Source: Eledone cirrhosa
Taxonomy: Eukaryota
Length of the DNA: 64,000 nucleotides
Direction of reading: 5' to 3'
Assembly: GCA_964016885.1 (NCBI GenBank)
Contig: OZ024740.1
Span: 282,348,001 to 282,412,000 of the forward strand
Shown here: positions 1 to 14,256 of the stretch, piece by piece
How positions within the stretch are numbered: position 1 is the first letter of the stretch
Layout of the letters: each line of letters starts with the position of its first letter
The notes under the pieces: generated by a model
Told to the model about the DNA's origin: nothing
What the model saw: only the letters and a program-made list of their open reading frames with translations
Database searches by the model: none
Translations under genes and position numbers: made by a program

Positions 1-216
1 TTCATTTTATGGTGGTGCATACGGCCAACATTCGTGGGTTGAATGTCAGCTATTGAAAAAAAAAAGTTGTTGACAATTTCTTTAACACAAAATACGAAGT
101 GCGTTGGTAGATCTAAAACAGGAACGAATAAACGCTGTTATCCCGGATGCTAGAAGAACGACGTGGGAACAATGCACAATTATCTCACTGCAAAGTTCCT
201 TACCACATTTCCCTCG

Positions 217-217
<1 letters not shown>

Positions 218-291
<74 letters not shown>
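218..291. repeat. (TA)n microsatellite
   Basis: Pure TA run, abutting the end of a dispersed repeat (ttccttaccacatttccctcgttat) also seen reversed at ~15180. Confidence 0.95.
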
Positions 292-293
<2 letters not shown>

Positions 294-3034
294 ACGGATC
301 TCTGTATTTTTTACGCATACGAAAATATTTGGTCATAGCCGAGGATGCTTGCCTGAAGTACCACACAAAGTACGAACGCAAAGCTCCGTGGTTATGAAAC
401 AAATTTCTTAACCATACAACCATACCATATTTTTCATCATCACAATAATTTACATATATCCTTAACTCTCTCTGTTGATTCTGACAATTGTGTTGCTAAA
501 TTCAATTAACCAAAAGGTCGTGATGGTAATTTGCACCTAACCTATGGATTCATTTCGACTAAGTTATTTTCATTAACAGCTTAATTTGTCACTCAATTAA
601 GTCTAATAGTATATAATAACTTCATGATTTAAACAGAAATAATAACGATGTGGAACTGAATACGCTCAGTCTACTTTGTTGATAGCTGATTAATTAATTT
701 CTAGAGAAGAGAATCTATTTATTCTATAATGTATTTTGTGAACAAGACATCGGCCGTGAGTTTATTGCCCTGGTTTGACAGAAGGATCGGCTGAGATAAT
801 ACATATATTATGGGTGACTGGCAAAATAAAGTTTCTTGACCTCATGTTATATTCTATAACATTCGGTGTAATCTATACTAATATTATGTTTCCTCGAATA
901 TTTTAGAAATGGAAAATATGTACGCACTATCAGAAGATAAGTCTAGCAAGCGAAGAAAACGAGTGAAGACTGTGTACATTTTAAGTTCAAGCTACGCTGT
1001 ATCTAGTGACTGGATCAAATAAATTAGGACTGGTCATGCATTAGTTCAAAGCAATTAATACCATGCGAGACAAAATTTGAACTTCCACTAACGTAACATG
1101 AAAATGTAAAATGACAGCGAGTTAAATATGTGACACGACTGAGATTAGTTCATCTCACTTACTTCTCTAATGTTTTTGAGAAATGGAATTTTTTATCGTT
1201 TAAAACTGTTAAACTTTCTGTTGTACAGAAACCCTATAGCAACGTTACCCAAGTGAATTAATTAATCAACCCTGCTTTGGAAACTGAAAGGATTCAGTAA
1301 TGGGCATGTATTAAACTAACTTAATTTAATATATGCTGTTAGTTAATAAAAGTATAAGAGCTGCGGTTGTTCTTGTTATAAAATATACCTAAACTCAGGC
1401 GAAAGACTAGTTCATATTACATTACTGTCAACGCTATGTCCGGTATAAAACCCAAACTATGAACTAAAATTTAAATGCATATGGCTGTAGTGTGTGGTGA
1501 CTGCTTCCTGAATTGCTGATTTTATTTTAAATCTCTTCACGGATAGTATCAAGGAGTTTGGTGCTCTTATCCAATAAATTAGCGCTGCGTCTTACAACCA
1601 AAATTGCATGAAGAATCTTAGTAGCAGATAACGTTAATACGAATCTGTTCTAAAAGATTCCGCTCAAAATTGTTTTCTCTAAAGACATTCTCTCAATAAA
1701 TACTTCTCAAATCATCAAAACATTTAAGTTACTTCCATACAAATGACTATTTGTATGTGCAGGCGTAAGTGAGTATGTGGGTGTGAAAGACAGAGAAACA
1801 GAAAGAGAAAAAGAGAGAGAGAAAGAAAGAAATAGAGAGAGATTATGTGAGAGAGAGAGGGGAGAGAGAGTGTGATGGAGAGAGACTGCGTGGTTGGGAA
1901 GAGAATTTGTGCCTGATGTTACGATTAGAAGACCAATTTGTTGGTGACATACGAATGTCTATTCGGATGTGGAAAGACGTGTCCACAAATATTATGACAA
2001 TGTCATTAATGTGAGACATTATATAACATATTGTTCATATCATGTCTCTTTACAGATTTCACTGCAGAGTTTACTCATTGTTTTGAATTAGTACTCAAAG
2101 CATTTGTCAGTTCAATGTAATGTTTTCTCATTTGTTCTGCAATTCATCCAGTTCATCGGCATATACCTGGTTCTACAGATTCCTAGTTGCGATCCCATAG
2201 ACTTTTGTGGGTTAGTCTTTGCTTCTATCCCCACCCTTAGAACAGTGCCGACCAATGATACTTGTGTGGGGCATAAAACTATGACGATAGTTTCGTCGAC
2301 ATATGTCGACATATGTCGACACAGCACCCTTGCGCTCCAGTTGAATAGGTATATCTCTCAACAGCAGCAATATCCATGGCAGTGACTCAAAAACCCATGC
2401 GGAAAGAAAGAGACACCTTTGAACGATTGAGCATTTAAATCAAAACACTTCCAATTGACAACCATTTAGTTTGACCACCGAAAATATTTTGCTGCAATTC
2501 GAAATGATCCAACCTCTGAAAATGTGACTGAAACTAGTGCAACCAAAGCAAACTGTGTTAATAACTTCGATTTATTTTCCGATGTGTCGGACACCATCAC
2601 GATTAGTTCATCGAATACCAAAACGTATGAGATGAGAGAGGGCATTCCTGACGTATAAAGCGTGATGCAAAAAGGCTACGACAACTGATCATTTATTTTG
2701 ACTACCAATCAAATTACTCTGTACATTTTAAAGAACAAGACTCTGAAACTGGGACCGAAACCCCCTGCACTTAGAGTAGCATTAATCGGTCTCTTGTCGA
2801 TCTAAATTGATTAGTGCCCTACCAGAACAAGACCTATTCCTGCCAGATGCTTCGGGTAGGAAAAAGTCCCATTTGAATGTGGAATAAAATAGCAACTCAC
2901 CTTATGCTATCTAGCTTTGATCATATCTTTTTAAGTAAAATGGTACACAAAATAATTACGCTCGCGTTTCCTAGATTTTTCACTTGTTAGAACATCTGTT
3001 ACAAGAGACACAAAATACTCTTAACAGATGAAAA

Positions 3035-3202
3035 GGGGTGGCATTAGGACACCATGCTTTGCGGGATAGTTATAGCCCTTTATGATCTGAGTTCAAATCC
3101 AGCTGAGGTTAACTTTGCCTTTCATCCTTACGGGGTCGATAAAATAAAGTACCAGTAATGTATGGGTAATTGCTGGCCTTGTGCCAAAAGTAGAAACAAT
3201 TA
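3035..3202 (+). mobile_element. tRNA-derived SINE (family A)
   Basis: Contains gagttcaaatcc (B-box-like), the core gcctttcatccttacggggtcgataaaataaagtaccag and the 3' end gctggccttgtgccaaaagtagaaacaatta. More than 15 copies occur in the window. Confidence 0.85.
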
Positions 3203-3213
3203 TTCTATCTATC

Positions 3214-3402
3214 GCGGTGGATTGGCAGTATCAGTAGAGGGTCGGACGCCATGCTTTGCAGCATAGATTTACGTGCCTTTACGGTCTGAGTTCAAATCCT
3301 GCAGAGGTTAACTTTGCCTTTCATCCTTACGGGCTCGATAAAATAAAGTACCAGTAATGCACTGGGATAACTGCTGGCCTTGTGCCCAAAATAGAAATAA
3401 TA
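3214..3402 (+). mobile_element. tRNA-derived SINE (family A), near full length
   Basis: A-box-like tggcagtatcagtag, B-box gagttcaaatcc, same core and tail as the other copies. Confidence 0.9.
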
Positions 3403-3414
3403 ATTCTATCTATG

Positions 3415-3535
3415 GCACGGGAATGAATTAAAAGAATTGTTGAGTGTCGGACAATTGATTTGAAGTGTCTACTTATGTTCTGAGTTCAACTTTACCTTTC
3501 ATATTTCCAGGGTTAATAAAATAAAGTGCCAGTTA
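3415..3535 (+). mobile_element. degenerate SINE family A
   Basis: Diverged core (ctttacctttcatatttccagggttaataaaataaagtgccag). Confidence 0.55.
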
Positions 3536-3599
3536 TTTAAAATAGAATTTCTCACCCATTACTACTGGCTTGTGTTTAAATCTTTAACAAGTCTCCCCC

Positions 3600-3652
<53 letters not shown>

Positions 3653-4167
3653 TCCCCCCTCTCTCTCTGTTATACACACACATACACATGCATTACTCTA
3701 GACTCGTGCCCATATGTGTGCATATACCATTGCAAATGCATACCACCACATATATTCCAGGCAGCAGGGAGACTAGTAAAAGCTCGAAGAAAAGGGAAGC
3801 AATATAGTTGTTAAAAGACGCACACCCTGACTAGGGATAAAGGGATCATATTTAGTTATCAAAAGACATTGCACTAACCCATCTGAGCAGGCGGCAAAGT
3901 GAGAAAATGTACATGCCAAAATACACGCCAACAACTCACTCGAACCGAATCTTTCAAAGTACAAACATTTGCTAGTCGGTTAGCCTAAATTAACGCCTAC
4001 CAGAACATCTTCGATTAATACGTTCAGTTCGTGAAACGTGTTCTCTCTCATTTTCAATGTTTTGAAGGTTAGATATCTTCAGGGGTTAGATATCTTTAGC
4101 GTACCTGAACCACATTATCCGGACGAAATCAGACACCACAAAATCGGAATGTTTTGCAGCATACTCA

Positions 4168-4358
4168 AATAATTGTTTCTACTTTTGGCACAAGGCCAGC
4201 AATTACCCAGTGCATTACTGGTACTTTATTTTATCGACCCCGTAAGGATGAAAGGCAAAGTCAACCTCGGCGGGATTTGAACTCAGATCGCAAAGGGACG
4301 TAACTATGCTGGAAAGCATGGCGTCCGACCCTCCACCGATACTGCCAATCCACCGCCC
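4168..4358 (-). mobile_element. tRNA-derived SINE (family A), full length
   Basis: Reverse complement of the 3214-3402 consensus. Confidence 0.9.
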
Positions 4359-5514
4359 TACTCAAATAATGTGAAATGATAATAAGAACAGACATGAAAA
4401 AAAGCAAGCTGGTGATCTTGAAACACGATACACGATTAGGTATTTTACTGGCCAGTAGCACAGGCGTCGTCTGTCGTGGGACCGCTATCTTGTTAATGTG
4501 TTTGGTTTGGTTTTGGTAGATAGAAACTGAGACGAATATACGAGCACAATGGCAAGACTTACCTAGAAATGGGCTAAAATAAAGCTAACTCTGAACGGTG
4601 AAGTAGAGGTCACGCATACCTACACAGCTTCTTTCATATATTACATTTGATCTTTGTGTCGAATTTACATCTGCTCTTTCACTTCTTGTTGAATGGACAT
4701 AATTCACCGACCCAAAGTACCATCTGTTATAAATACACTCTGTGTGGTGGTGCTATCTATACGGTTGCTCAAAAATACGCATGTGCTTTATTTGCTTAAC
4801 AGAACTGCAATCCTGGATCTAGACAACTTATATTACACAACTGGCATCTGGAAAGTTGTTTATTGTAAGCAGGAGCGACGGCCTTCTTGATGAATCTCTA
4901 GCTGACGGGGAAGATCTACTTAACTGTCTTTCTCTGATGATTTTACACAGATTTCATAAATTCCTGGTTTAGTGCGAGATTAGCTCTACAGGCATTGAAT
5001 TACCGTTATCTGGACATGTCCAATATGCATAGAGAATGATGATACCGTTCAGCCTGCATTCGTTCAGTGTTTGAGCATTGCTGGATTGTGGAGTTATGTA
5101 GAACTGATTCGGCTATTAGCTGAGTCTGAAATACTGGCAGTTTTCTTCAGTCTATAGGCTATAGTAAAATATGCGGTTTGGTGAAGAGAATTGAAAAGTC
5201 TATTTAGATAGGTAACTTAAGGTTGGTTTGAGTGATGAATAGTTTTACCTTCTGCTTGCGCTTATACATCGGAGACCACAGCTGGAAGAAGGAAGCATGG
5301 TCGTGCTAGCTTGAAAACCCAGATTTACTGAGTTCCATGATTGCCTTTGTGGCAATGATTCTACCATTTTCATATCAATTCTGCTTAAAGTGTTGTTTTT
5401 AGACCGTTTCTTTATATCGATTTTTTAAATGTGTTCCTCCTTGTAATTTCTCATTACATCATCGGTCACTCTTGTGGAAATAGAAAACTAATATTGTTAT
5501 ATTCTATTATATTT

Positions 5515-5700
5515 CGGTTAGCCGAAACATTTGCTTTGTCGTATTTCTTCTGAACCTTTACGTTCTCCGTTCAAATCCTGCCGAGATCAATATTTATTTT
5601 ATCCATCAAGAATTGATAAAATAAAGTATTGGTACTGATATATTGACTTTCCTTCACTCGAAAACTGCTAGTCTGGTACTTAAATTAGAAACAATTATTA
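5515..5700 (+). mobile_element. degenerate SINE family A
   Basis: gttcaaatcctgccgag ... gataaaataaagta ... tagaaacaatta. Confidence 0.6.
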
Positions 5701-6749
5701 ACATTATTTTTGTGTTTTGAGAAATATATCAAGAGGTTTCTTTTATAAAAGACGAGTGAAAATGTCCAATAATATTAGCTATTTTCTGTAGAGTGTCTAT
5801 ATCTATTGTTATACGTATCTGAATATACATGATTGTGTATCTTTCATTTCAAATGTAATGATAGATACTTTACTTAATTTTTGTAACATTTGTAATCCAA
5901 CAGCTTGCTCGCTGGTGTATTTTTTTCGCATGTCTGTGCACTTCTGCACAGCATTATAGTTGTGTTGTTTTGCTCTGTCGATATTAGTACACCATTGTCA
6001 TTTGTGTCATAGCAAATTATGTCAGAGTTATTATGTCAGAGTTATTATCTGGTGATCTGTATAGCTATATTTACAAATTATTTTCACATTGTCATTGAAA
6101 TTGAAATTATGTGGTTAAATGTATGTAGTGCAATATAGCATCTTTGCTTAATTAATGTTTTTCACCAGTATATAGTGTAGGACTTACAAATACAATGTGG
6201 TTTCAGAACATACTTGAATCTATACTGTAGGATTTATATCGCAATAATGACGCGTCCTTATGTCGAAATAGATATTGTTTCTGCTTCCCAATTCAGGTAG
6301 AATTTAATATCCAGGTCTAAGATAGTTTTATTGATATATGTGTTATTCGTGTGGTTGCGTTACATATTGTGTAGTGAGAGGTATTTGTTTAGTAGGTTTC
6401 TCGTATTACAGTCTATGGAAATTACGTGTTAATATAGATTCCACACTCTTGGTCACCCACTTCTCTCACCTACATTACGAAAACAAAGACTTCAAACTGA
6501 ACTCCCTCAATCTCTCTCTCCTTACCTCACACACACATATACAACAACGCTCTCTATTCCTCTCCGAACTCCTTTAATCCATAACAATTCTTCCACAATA
6601 TCTCATCCAGCATTAAGAGATTATACTTCTCATCTCTCTTTGAAGTCATCCCTATTTCAACAACAGTTTTCCAGCAATTCACAACTTCCACTAAAGGTCT
6701 GTCACATTCTCCATTCCTTCACGTACTTAGAATCCATTTGGAATAGAGC

Positions 6750-8920
6750 TTAATGTATTTAATCAACAATATTAGATTTAGGAAACACCGTTACCGTAAT
6801 AGTTTCCTAAGGAACCTCCGATCTACTATGAATCGACTGAAAAAAATGAAAGGCATACTCGCCCAGGCACATAAAACTGGTTATATATATTCTTTGGACA
6901 TAGGTACTTATAAGAATTTTATACTTAAAGAGTTACATAAGAAATACGGTAAAACAAATATATCTACTATATTAATAGAGAAGGATTAGCAATAGTTAAT
7001 AAACTAGGTTTAGCTGACCGAACGGAACCGTTTGAACCTCGGCAACTGACCTTTAATCTAAATAACCATAAACGTAACTTTGAAATACAACCCTTGTTTT
7101 AGATTAATTTTCCCCGCTAAGTCTGACATAGGACGTATTAGTAAATGCATTTTAGATAGAGTGATTTTGCAAATGAGAAATAAGTTATCTTTGGAACAAC
7201 ACAAACGAAGTAACAGACTGGTTCACTAAATTATATAAAATTTATCCAATTTGATATAGATGACTACTATTCATTTATATCACCTATCCTTCTTAATAAG
7301 GCCTTTATTTTCGCTATGCACAATACAAAAACTATGACTAGGGATGAAGTAGACATAGTTTCAGCCACCAGACGCTCAGTAATATTATTTAATAATGAGT
7401 ACTGGGCATGGAAAGATAGACCTAATAATTTTGATATAACCATGGGCTCGAACAATTCAGTCCAGGTTACAGACCTTGTCGGAATCTATCTCACGCACAC
7501 CCTGCACCAGGAATTTGTTGACCTTCAAGGTGGATTATATAGAGATGATGCTCTACTAATCATACAAAAATTCACGAGTCAACAAATTGCAAGAAGAAGG
7601 AAAGCTATAAGATCCTTTTTTAAGTGACAGGGCCTTAAATTTACTTTTGATTTAAATTTTAAATTAGCAAACTTTCTAGATGTAACATTAGACTTTAATT
7701 CAGGTTTGTATGAACTATTTCATAATGTTAACGATAACCTGAATTACATTAACAAACACTCAAACCACCCTAGATATATTGTAAACTCCATAATTGGTAA
7801 TGTGTCTCGTAGAATCTCCAATCTTCCTTCCTCTGAAGCCACATTCAACGAGCATGCGGTTTACTATAATGTAGCCCTCCACAAGTTTGACTATAATGAA
7901 AAAATAAAATTCCATATGGACAAACCAGCTGAGAGACGAAGTTTTCACCCCACTAGGTATTGGCAACAATATCGAACTTCAAATTCTAAGTGCTGAAGCT
8001 AGAGTGGAAAACTCTACTCAACTGTTAACTCTAAAATTGATTCCCTCGACGGTATAGAATCTAAGCACTCCCGCTCTAGGTCCTATCAGTGGTTCAATCC
8101 TCCACATAACGATCTAGTGATTAAAGTACCAGTAATGTACTGAGTAATTGCTGGCCTTGTGCCAAAAGTAGAAACAATTAAATTAGCTACACAATTCTTT
8201 AGATTCCTGGATGATAGTTTTCCTCCAGCGCATAGATAACATAACATCCTGAACAGAAAAAAAACAGTCCTCCTATCCTACTCTACCACAGCCAACATTA
8301 GAAGCTTCACAACAGGATTAAATAACAAACGCCCCGAGACTTTGACAGTAAATTACAACCTGGCCAGAAGCAGATCTCTAATTCTACAATCGGAATGACC
8401 ATAAGAGCAATTTTCCAAGCCTCCACATCGAACAATGATATACCCACCCTCTCGGATGGACCTTATAACGAGGGTGTGAACCAAACGTTGCCTCCACATA
8501 CTATCTTAATGCGGATACAAATAATGACCCTATACACTATGCACGACCGGAATGTACATGTGGAATGTACATGTACAGGTACATGATCTACCAATGTGTG
8601 GTTGAAACTAAATTGGGGATGTATAGATGCGTGGGTACGACTTCCAGCATTTCAAAGAAACGATGGTACGTGCACTCACATTCATTTAAGAATCCTAAGC
8701 TTAGTAAATCAACCACCTTCGACAAAAAGATCTGGGACTTAAAACGGAACAACACAGATTATATTCTCTCTTGTTCCGTGTTAAGATTTGCACGTCCATA
8801 CCAGAATGAAAAGCGCTCTTGAGACTTTTGGCTCTGATCTGTTAAACTCTCGTCAGAACAGAATTATTAATTGCCGACATAGGAATCTACGTAGCTTTGC
8901 CATGTACCATCCATATTAGC
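6750..8920 (+). mobile_element. decayed Penelope-like retroelement (RT + GIY-YIG), frameshifted
   Basis: ORF pieces FDITMGS..VTDLVGIYL and GLYRDDAL (RT), YINKHSNHP (thumb), IYQCVVET..YRCVGTTS..KKRWYVHSHSF (GIY-YIG). Interrupted by a SINE tail at ~8122-8181. Confidence 0.85.
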
Positions 8921-9593
8921 ATCTTTCCTGTTTCTTATCTAGGTATCCTATTCCTATTAGTGTTCCTCCATAGCCCTTTAGTTGCATAGTATTTTTTTAT
9001 TATTTTCTTCATTGACTAGCTTTAGATTCGATCCTACTTTTTCCCCACCTTACCGTTGCTTCTGCCCTATCTCCAATTGATAGAATCTTATGTCACCTAT
9101 TTATTTACTTAATTGTTCCCTAATTTATCCTTTCATTTATGGTAGTCTGATAAAATGTATTTATTTTTGCCATCTAATTTTTAGACACTTCAATCAAAGC
9201 AACTTAACCCCTTTCTACTTGTCTCATTTAAATATGACTTGCTTACTCGCTACTTAAAAATATATATTTTAAGTCCTCTTTATGGGTGTATTTCTCTGCA
9301 TATCGGTATATGTGTGTGTGAATACGTGTAAGTGAGTGTGTATGTATATATGTATGACCTTATATATATGACTTGTATAGATGTACGCATGTGTGTGTGT
9401 GTATGTGTAAGTATGTATGTATATGTGAATATATGTGCGTAGGCGAGTGTATCTTGTATTTGTGTTATATACATATAAGTGTATTTGCGTATGTACATGT
9501 GCGCGTACATGTACATGTGTATGTATATATACATGTGTGTGTGTGTATGTGTGTGTGTGTGCGTATATATATGCTATATTATTATGTGTGTAT

Positions 9594-9658
<65 letters not shown>

Positions 9659-9926
9659 TTAGTGTGCATGTGTGTTTATGTAAAAGTAAACTTTCACCAC
9701 TTAGGGTTTTTTTTAGTTTTTATTCTAGCTCATTATTTTTTTCATAGCTCATTTTTCATTTTTTTTTAAATTGTTTTTGATTATTTTGTTTTCTACTCTT
9801 TCTCTATCCTCCAACATATATTTTTTCTACTTCACCTCCATTTGTCCAGTTGCATTTTATTCCGAGTGGATAGCTGTAGGAAAATTTTTATTGCAAGATG
9901 CAGCGACTTCATTTCGAACTCTGAAA

Positions 9927-10032
9927 TCTTTCTGATGAAATGCAGTATTTAATGGATTGCTAGTGAACGGGCATATATTAATATGCAACCAGCACTCGTA
10001 GACCTATAGTGTATTGAAACATGTGTTAAAGA
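9927..10032 (+). ncRNA. type I hammerhead ribozyme with extended stem II
   Basis: tcttt-CTGATGA-aatgcagta...tagtgtatt-GAAA-c-atgt-g-TT-aaaga. Stems I, II and III pair. Lies downstream of PLE 6750-8920. Confidence 0.75.
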
Positions 10033-10280
10033 ATGAACTTTTGATAACATTCTTCACCTCTTTTCTATACTTCACGCCTAGTGTTAGTTTTTCCTATACA
10101 TTTAAATAAATTATTCCTCCGTGACCCTCCACCTGAATACTATAATTTGACCCATCTTTTTGGACTATTACTGTAAGCTACAAGGACCATGTTGAGAACA
10201 ATATTTTGATAAGCAATCCTACTTGTTTTATTTTTGTTTGTACACTTATCTATATATATATATATATATATTTTCATATA

Positions 10281-11643
10281 TATGGCTAACCGCCATCCAA
10301 AACAACACCGATATCGATTACAACCCCACAACCCACCCCACACTCCCCACGTACCACCTCGACAACCCACTCCACCCCCACCCACCAACCACGAACTTGA
10401 CACTAAACTACTCAGGTTGAAACATTCTATCTCTAACATCCTTTCCCAACACACACACACACACAATAAACGCAACCTCACCAATGCACAATTTAACACT
10501 CTCACCAACCTAAGATCCATGAACCTTGTTTACCTTCCCTCTGACAAGGGGAAAGAATTCTGTGTCATCTCGAGAGAGACCTACAACAACTTAGCTCTCC
10601 AACATCTTAATGACGACAGCCTCTACTCGAAAGTCACAGGGACCTCCTCGACTCTAATCGAGGAAGGCATTAACACCATATGTACTAACATCTGTGTCCA
10701 ACGAAAACTGCCAAAGAAGGTAAAAAATAACATAACGCCTAGAAACAGCAAACTACCCACCTTCTACCACCTGGTGAAAACCCATAAACAAGTAGCCGAT
10801 TTGAAAATCAGGCCCATTGTCTCTAGCGTGGAGGGCCCACTTTACAAAATATCGTGGCTGCTCTCCACACTACTGAAACCCATTCTACACACACTACCAG
10901 CCCACGTCTGCAGCTCAAAGGAGGTCTTGGAGCGACTACACCATTTGGCGCCCAACACCAGAAAGGACAACGGATATGCCTTCAGTCTTGATGTGGTCGC
11001 CCTTTATACCTCCGTACCAGCATCCCCAGCCGTCGACCTGTTAACCGAACGAGTCCGATCATCTAACTTACACAACTTCGGACTCACACACACGGACATC
11101 CACCAACTCCTCTCCTTCGTTGTGGATAATGCATTCTTTAATTTCCTCGGCCACACGTACAAACAGATCTCTGGGCTACCTATGGGCTCTAGTCTGTCCG
11201 GCATACTTGCGATCTCGTACATGGACCACCTGGAACGCAAGGCACTCAACACCTGCCAACCCAACGCCGTCGCCTTCTACTCCAGATACGTTGATGACAT
11301 ACTGATACTCACTTCTTCCCGGGAGATGGCGAATGAAATTCACAAAATCTTTAACGACACTGACCATCACGTCGATTTCACCATCGAACACCCTGAAGAA
11401 GACGGGTCACTCGCCCTCCTCGACTTCCGTATCAACATCTCGGAAGAAGGAGACATAAACACCACCTTCTACCGCAAGGCAGCGTGCAAGGACTTATTTG
11501 TGCATTACAACTCAGCCCTCCCCAACAACGCTAAGAGAGGCTATGTCCTAAATGAACTTATACGGATCACTAATAGATGCAGCGACCCGATGGGTGGTCT
11601 CACCCATACCACGCAATTCCGTAACCTACTCAAGTCTGATTAA
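10281..11643 (+). CDS. Penelope-like reverse transcriptase, N-terminal part of a frameshifted ORF
   Basis: PSDKG, IRPIVS, FSLDVVALYTSVP, YKQISGLPMGSSLS, YSRYVDDILI, LLDFRI, FYRK motifs of PLE RT. Confidence 0.92.
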
Positions 11644-12187
11644 CGGAATTAGAGACCCCAGACCCAATAGACAGACACCCACTAGAAACTTAGATAAATA
11701 CAAGTGCTTCTTTAAAATCCCTCACCTGAGTGAATATACCACGAACGCCATCCGCAGGGCCATACGGAGGGAGGGACTTGATATACATTTGGCCCACACA
11801 GGACCTTCGCTCCGAAGATGCCTCTCCACCAAACCCGACGAGTCAGATGAGACATGTTCCCTCAGCAACTGCCCGATACGGGGGGCAGATTGCCTACGCA
11901 CCTATGTCGTATATAAGATTCAATGCGATAAATGTAACAAGTTTTACATAGGTAGCACCATCCGCCCCCTACATTTTCGTATCAAGGAACATGTCAACAC
12001 CAACGCATCTTCTTTCCGTAAACACATCCTTAAATGCGGAAACCCACAGGGCAGACCCTTGGTCACAGTCCTAGCGACTGAACGCAGCATCGGATCCTTA
12101 AGGATAAAGGAAGCACTTGTTATTAAGAACCTCAGACCCCCACTTAACAACCGGGCTGAGAGAAATGAACTGACATGGCTAATCTAA
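11640..12187 (+). CDS. Penelope GIY-YIG endonuclease (continues the RT ORF after a +1 frameshift)
   Basis: YVVYKIQCDKCNKFYIGSTIRPLHFRIKEH, KEALVIKNLRPPLN, and upstream CSLSNCPIRGADC. Confidence 0.92.
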
Positions 12188-12642
12188 CCATAGTGACCAG
12201 TAACAACCCCTACGGCCTACTATCTTTCACACACACGCACTTATATGTATACCTATACACATACACACACACACACACACATCTATATTTATACACGCAC
12301 ACATGTTTATACAACCTACCACCTTTCACACCCTTTGAATTCGAGCTTCTACGGCCCACTATCTTTCATACACACACACTCACATACATACACACATACA
12401 CATATACACACACGGTTACACACACATATATATTTACACACACATATTTTACGGCTTTCACGCGCTAGCGCACCCTATTGATCTAACCCAATTGGTCAGT
12501 AGCTTTTGCTACAGCCTATCAAGCGCACGCGCACTCTTTCCCTCGTTTGAATTTTCCCCATAACGGCATTCCTATGTTTTAACGACAATACAACAACTTT
12601 CTCCGGCTTAGCCTGTTCCCCCCCCCCCCTTTTTGGCACTCT

Positions 12643-12678
12643 CCCCCCGTTGATGGGCGTGAGCCCGAAATATTGGGA
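12643..12678 (+). ncRNA. degenerate hammerhead ribozyme in PLE 3' region
   Basis: cccc-CCGTTGA-t-gggc-gtga-gccc-GAAA-ta-TT-ggga. Two core substitutions relative to CTGANGA. Confidence 0.55.
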
Positions 12679-12877
12679 TTAAATCTCCACTACGGTAATC
12701 CTTCTACCTTTGTTTTGTTTTCGTTTCTCTCATTTTTCACTTTTCTCCTATTTCTCTCTCACTTCCTACCTCGAGATTTCCCATCTGCATTGTTGTGGCT
12801 TTCTAAACTACATATTTTATATATATATATATATAACGAAGGAAATGTACTCAATACTTAGGGCAGTAGAGTGGGTA

Positions 12878-12987
12878 ATAGGAACAAGTAAGACCCCGAC
12901 GGCTGAGCTCAAGCCGTTTCGACAGCTAATTCCAGAATTAGCCGTCGAAACGGCTTGAGCTCAGCCGTCGGGGTCTTACTTGTTCCT

Positions 12988-12990
<3 letters not shown>
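12878..12990. repeat. near-perfect palindrome (family with 15260-15382)
   Basis: ataggaacaagtaagaccccgacggctgagctcaagccgtttcgac / gtcgaaacggcttgagctcagccgtcggggtcttacttgttcctat. Confidence 0.95.
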
Positions 12991-13270
<280 letters not shown>

Positions 13271-13384
13271 AATAAGAGGAATTCCAACTTTGTCTGATTT
13301 ACTCGTTTTATTTACAATCCTTTAAAATTTATGATGGTATTATAATGAAATAGTATGATAGAATATTAAATGTTAAGTGTTATT

Positions 13385-13423
13385 TGAACAAGTACTTTCA
13401 TGCTTTCGCAATCTTCAGGTTCA
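13385..13423 (-). ncRNA. minimal type I hammerhead ribozyme
   Basis: Minus strand reads tgaac-CTGAAGA-t-tgc-gaaa-gca-t-GAAA-gtac-TT-gttca. Confidence 0.85.
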
Positions 13424-13508
13424 TAATGTGTGGTGACAGTCAAGTTTGCAATTTTCAACTGTGTTGAAAATTGTTGAAAATTGCAAACTTGACTGTCACC
13501 ACACATTA

Positions 13509-13547
13509 TGAACCTGAAGATTGCTAAAGCATGAAAGTACTTGTTCA
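13509..13547 (+). ncRNA. minimal type I hammerhead ribozyme
   Basis: tgaac-CTGAAGA-t-tgc-taaa-gca-t-GAAA-gtac-TT-gttca. Confidence 0.85.
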
Positions 13548-13697
13548 ATTAACACTTAACATTTAATATTCTACCAGACTATTTCATTATAATAGCATTA
13601 TAAATTCTAAAGGATTGTAAATAAAACGAGTAAATCAGACAAAGTTGGAATTCTTATTATTAATATAATCTTCTATACACAATCATACACACCCGTG

Positions 13698-13791
<94 letters not shown>

Positions 13792-13896
13792 TATACACAC
13801 ACACATATATATATATATATATAGATATATATACATATATATACATATATATACACACACATATATATATATATTTATATATATACATATATATAC

Positions 13897-13964
<68 letters not shown>

Positions 13965-13966
<2 letters not shown>

Positions 13967-14137
13967 GGTGGCTGCCAACTCGTTTTCGAGTACGGCCACT
14001 ACTTTATATCCATGTAGGAGAACCCTTAACGATGCGCTGAACGAGTGTGACTTTTTAGTCCAGCCAGCGACTTGAAAACTCTGGTACAAACACTACACTT
14101 GTGACAATTATTGACACATAGTGCTGGGCCCATGGTG
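13965..14137 (-). mobile_element. fragment of RTE-related non-autonomous family B
   Basis: Near-identical to 30135-30305 and to the reverse complement of 36345-36516. Confidence 0.8.
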
Positions 14138-14153
14138 TATATATATATATATA

Positions 14154-14256
14154 AAGGGTGACTCCCAAAAATCTATACAGAATTTGATTACCTGTATAGG
14201 AAATATTTATTAGAATGCTGTTGAAGTGTGTATACATTTCATGGGATACCCTCTAA
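14154..14256. mobile_element. small Tc1/mariner-type MITE
   Basis: Imperfect TIRs agggtgactcccaaaaatctataca / tgtatacatttcatgggataccct, TA-flanked. Confidence 0.5.

Noticed and set aside
333-397. Stem-loop tcatagc.../gttatga with CTGAAG and GAA
   Set aside because: Hammerhead core spacing is not satisfied.
104-423. ORFs rich in YI/HT/CV dipeptides here and throughout the window
   Set aside because: They are translations of (TA)n/(CA)n microsatellites, not proteins.
3214-3305. tRNA gene-like A/B boxes
   Set aside because: These are SINE heads with no cloverleaf, followed by the SINE core.
4934-4965. CTGATGA motif (similar cases at 31298 and 33518)
   Set aside because: No properly placed GAAA or stems.
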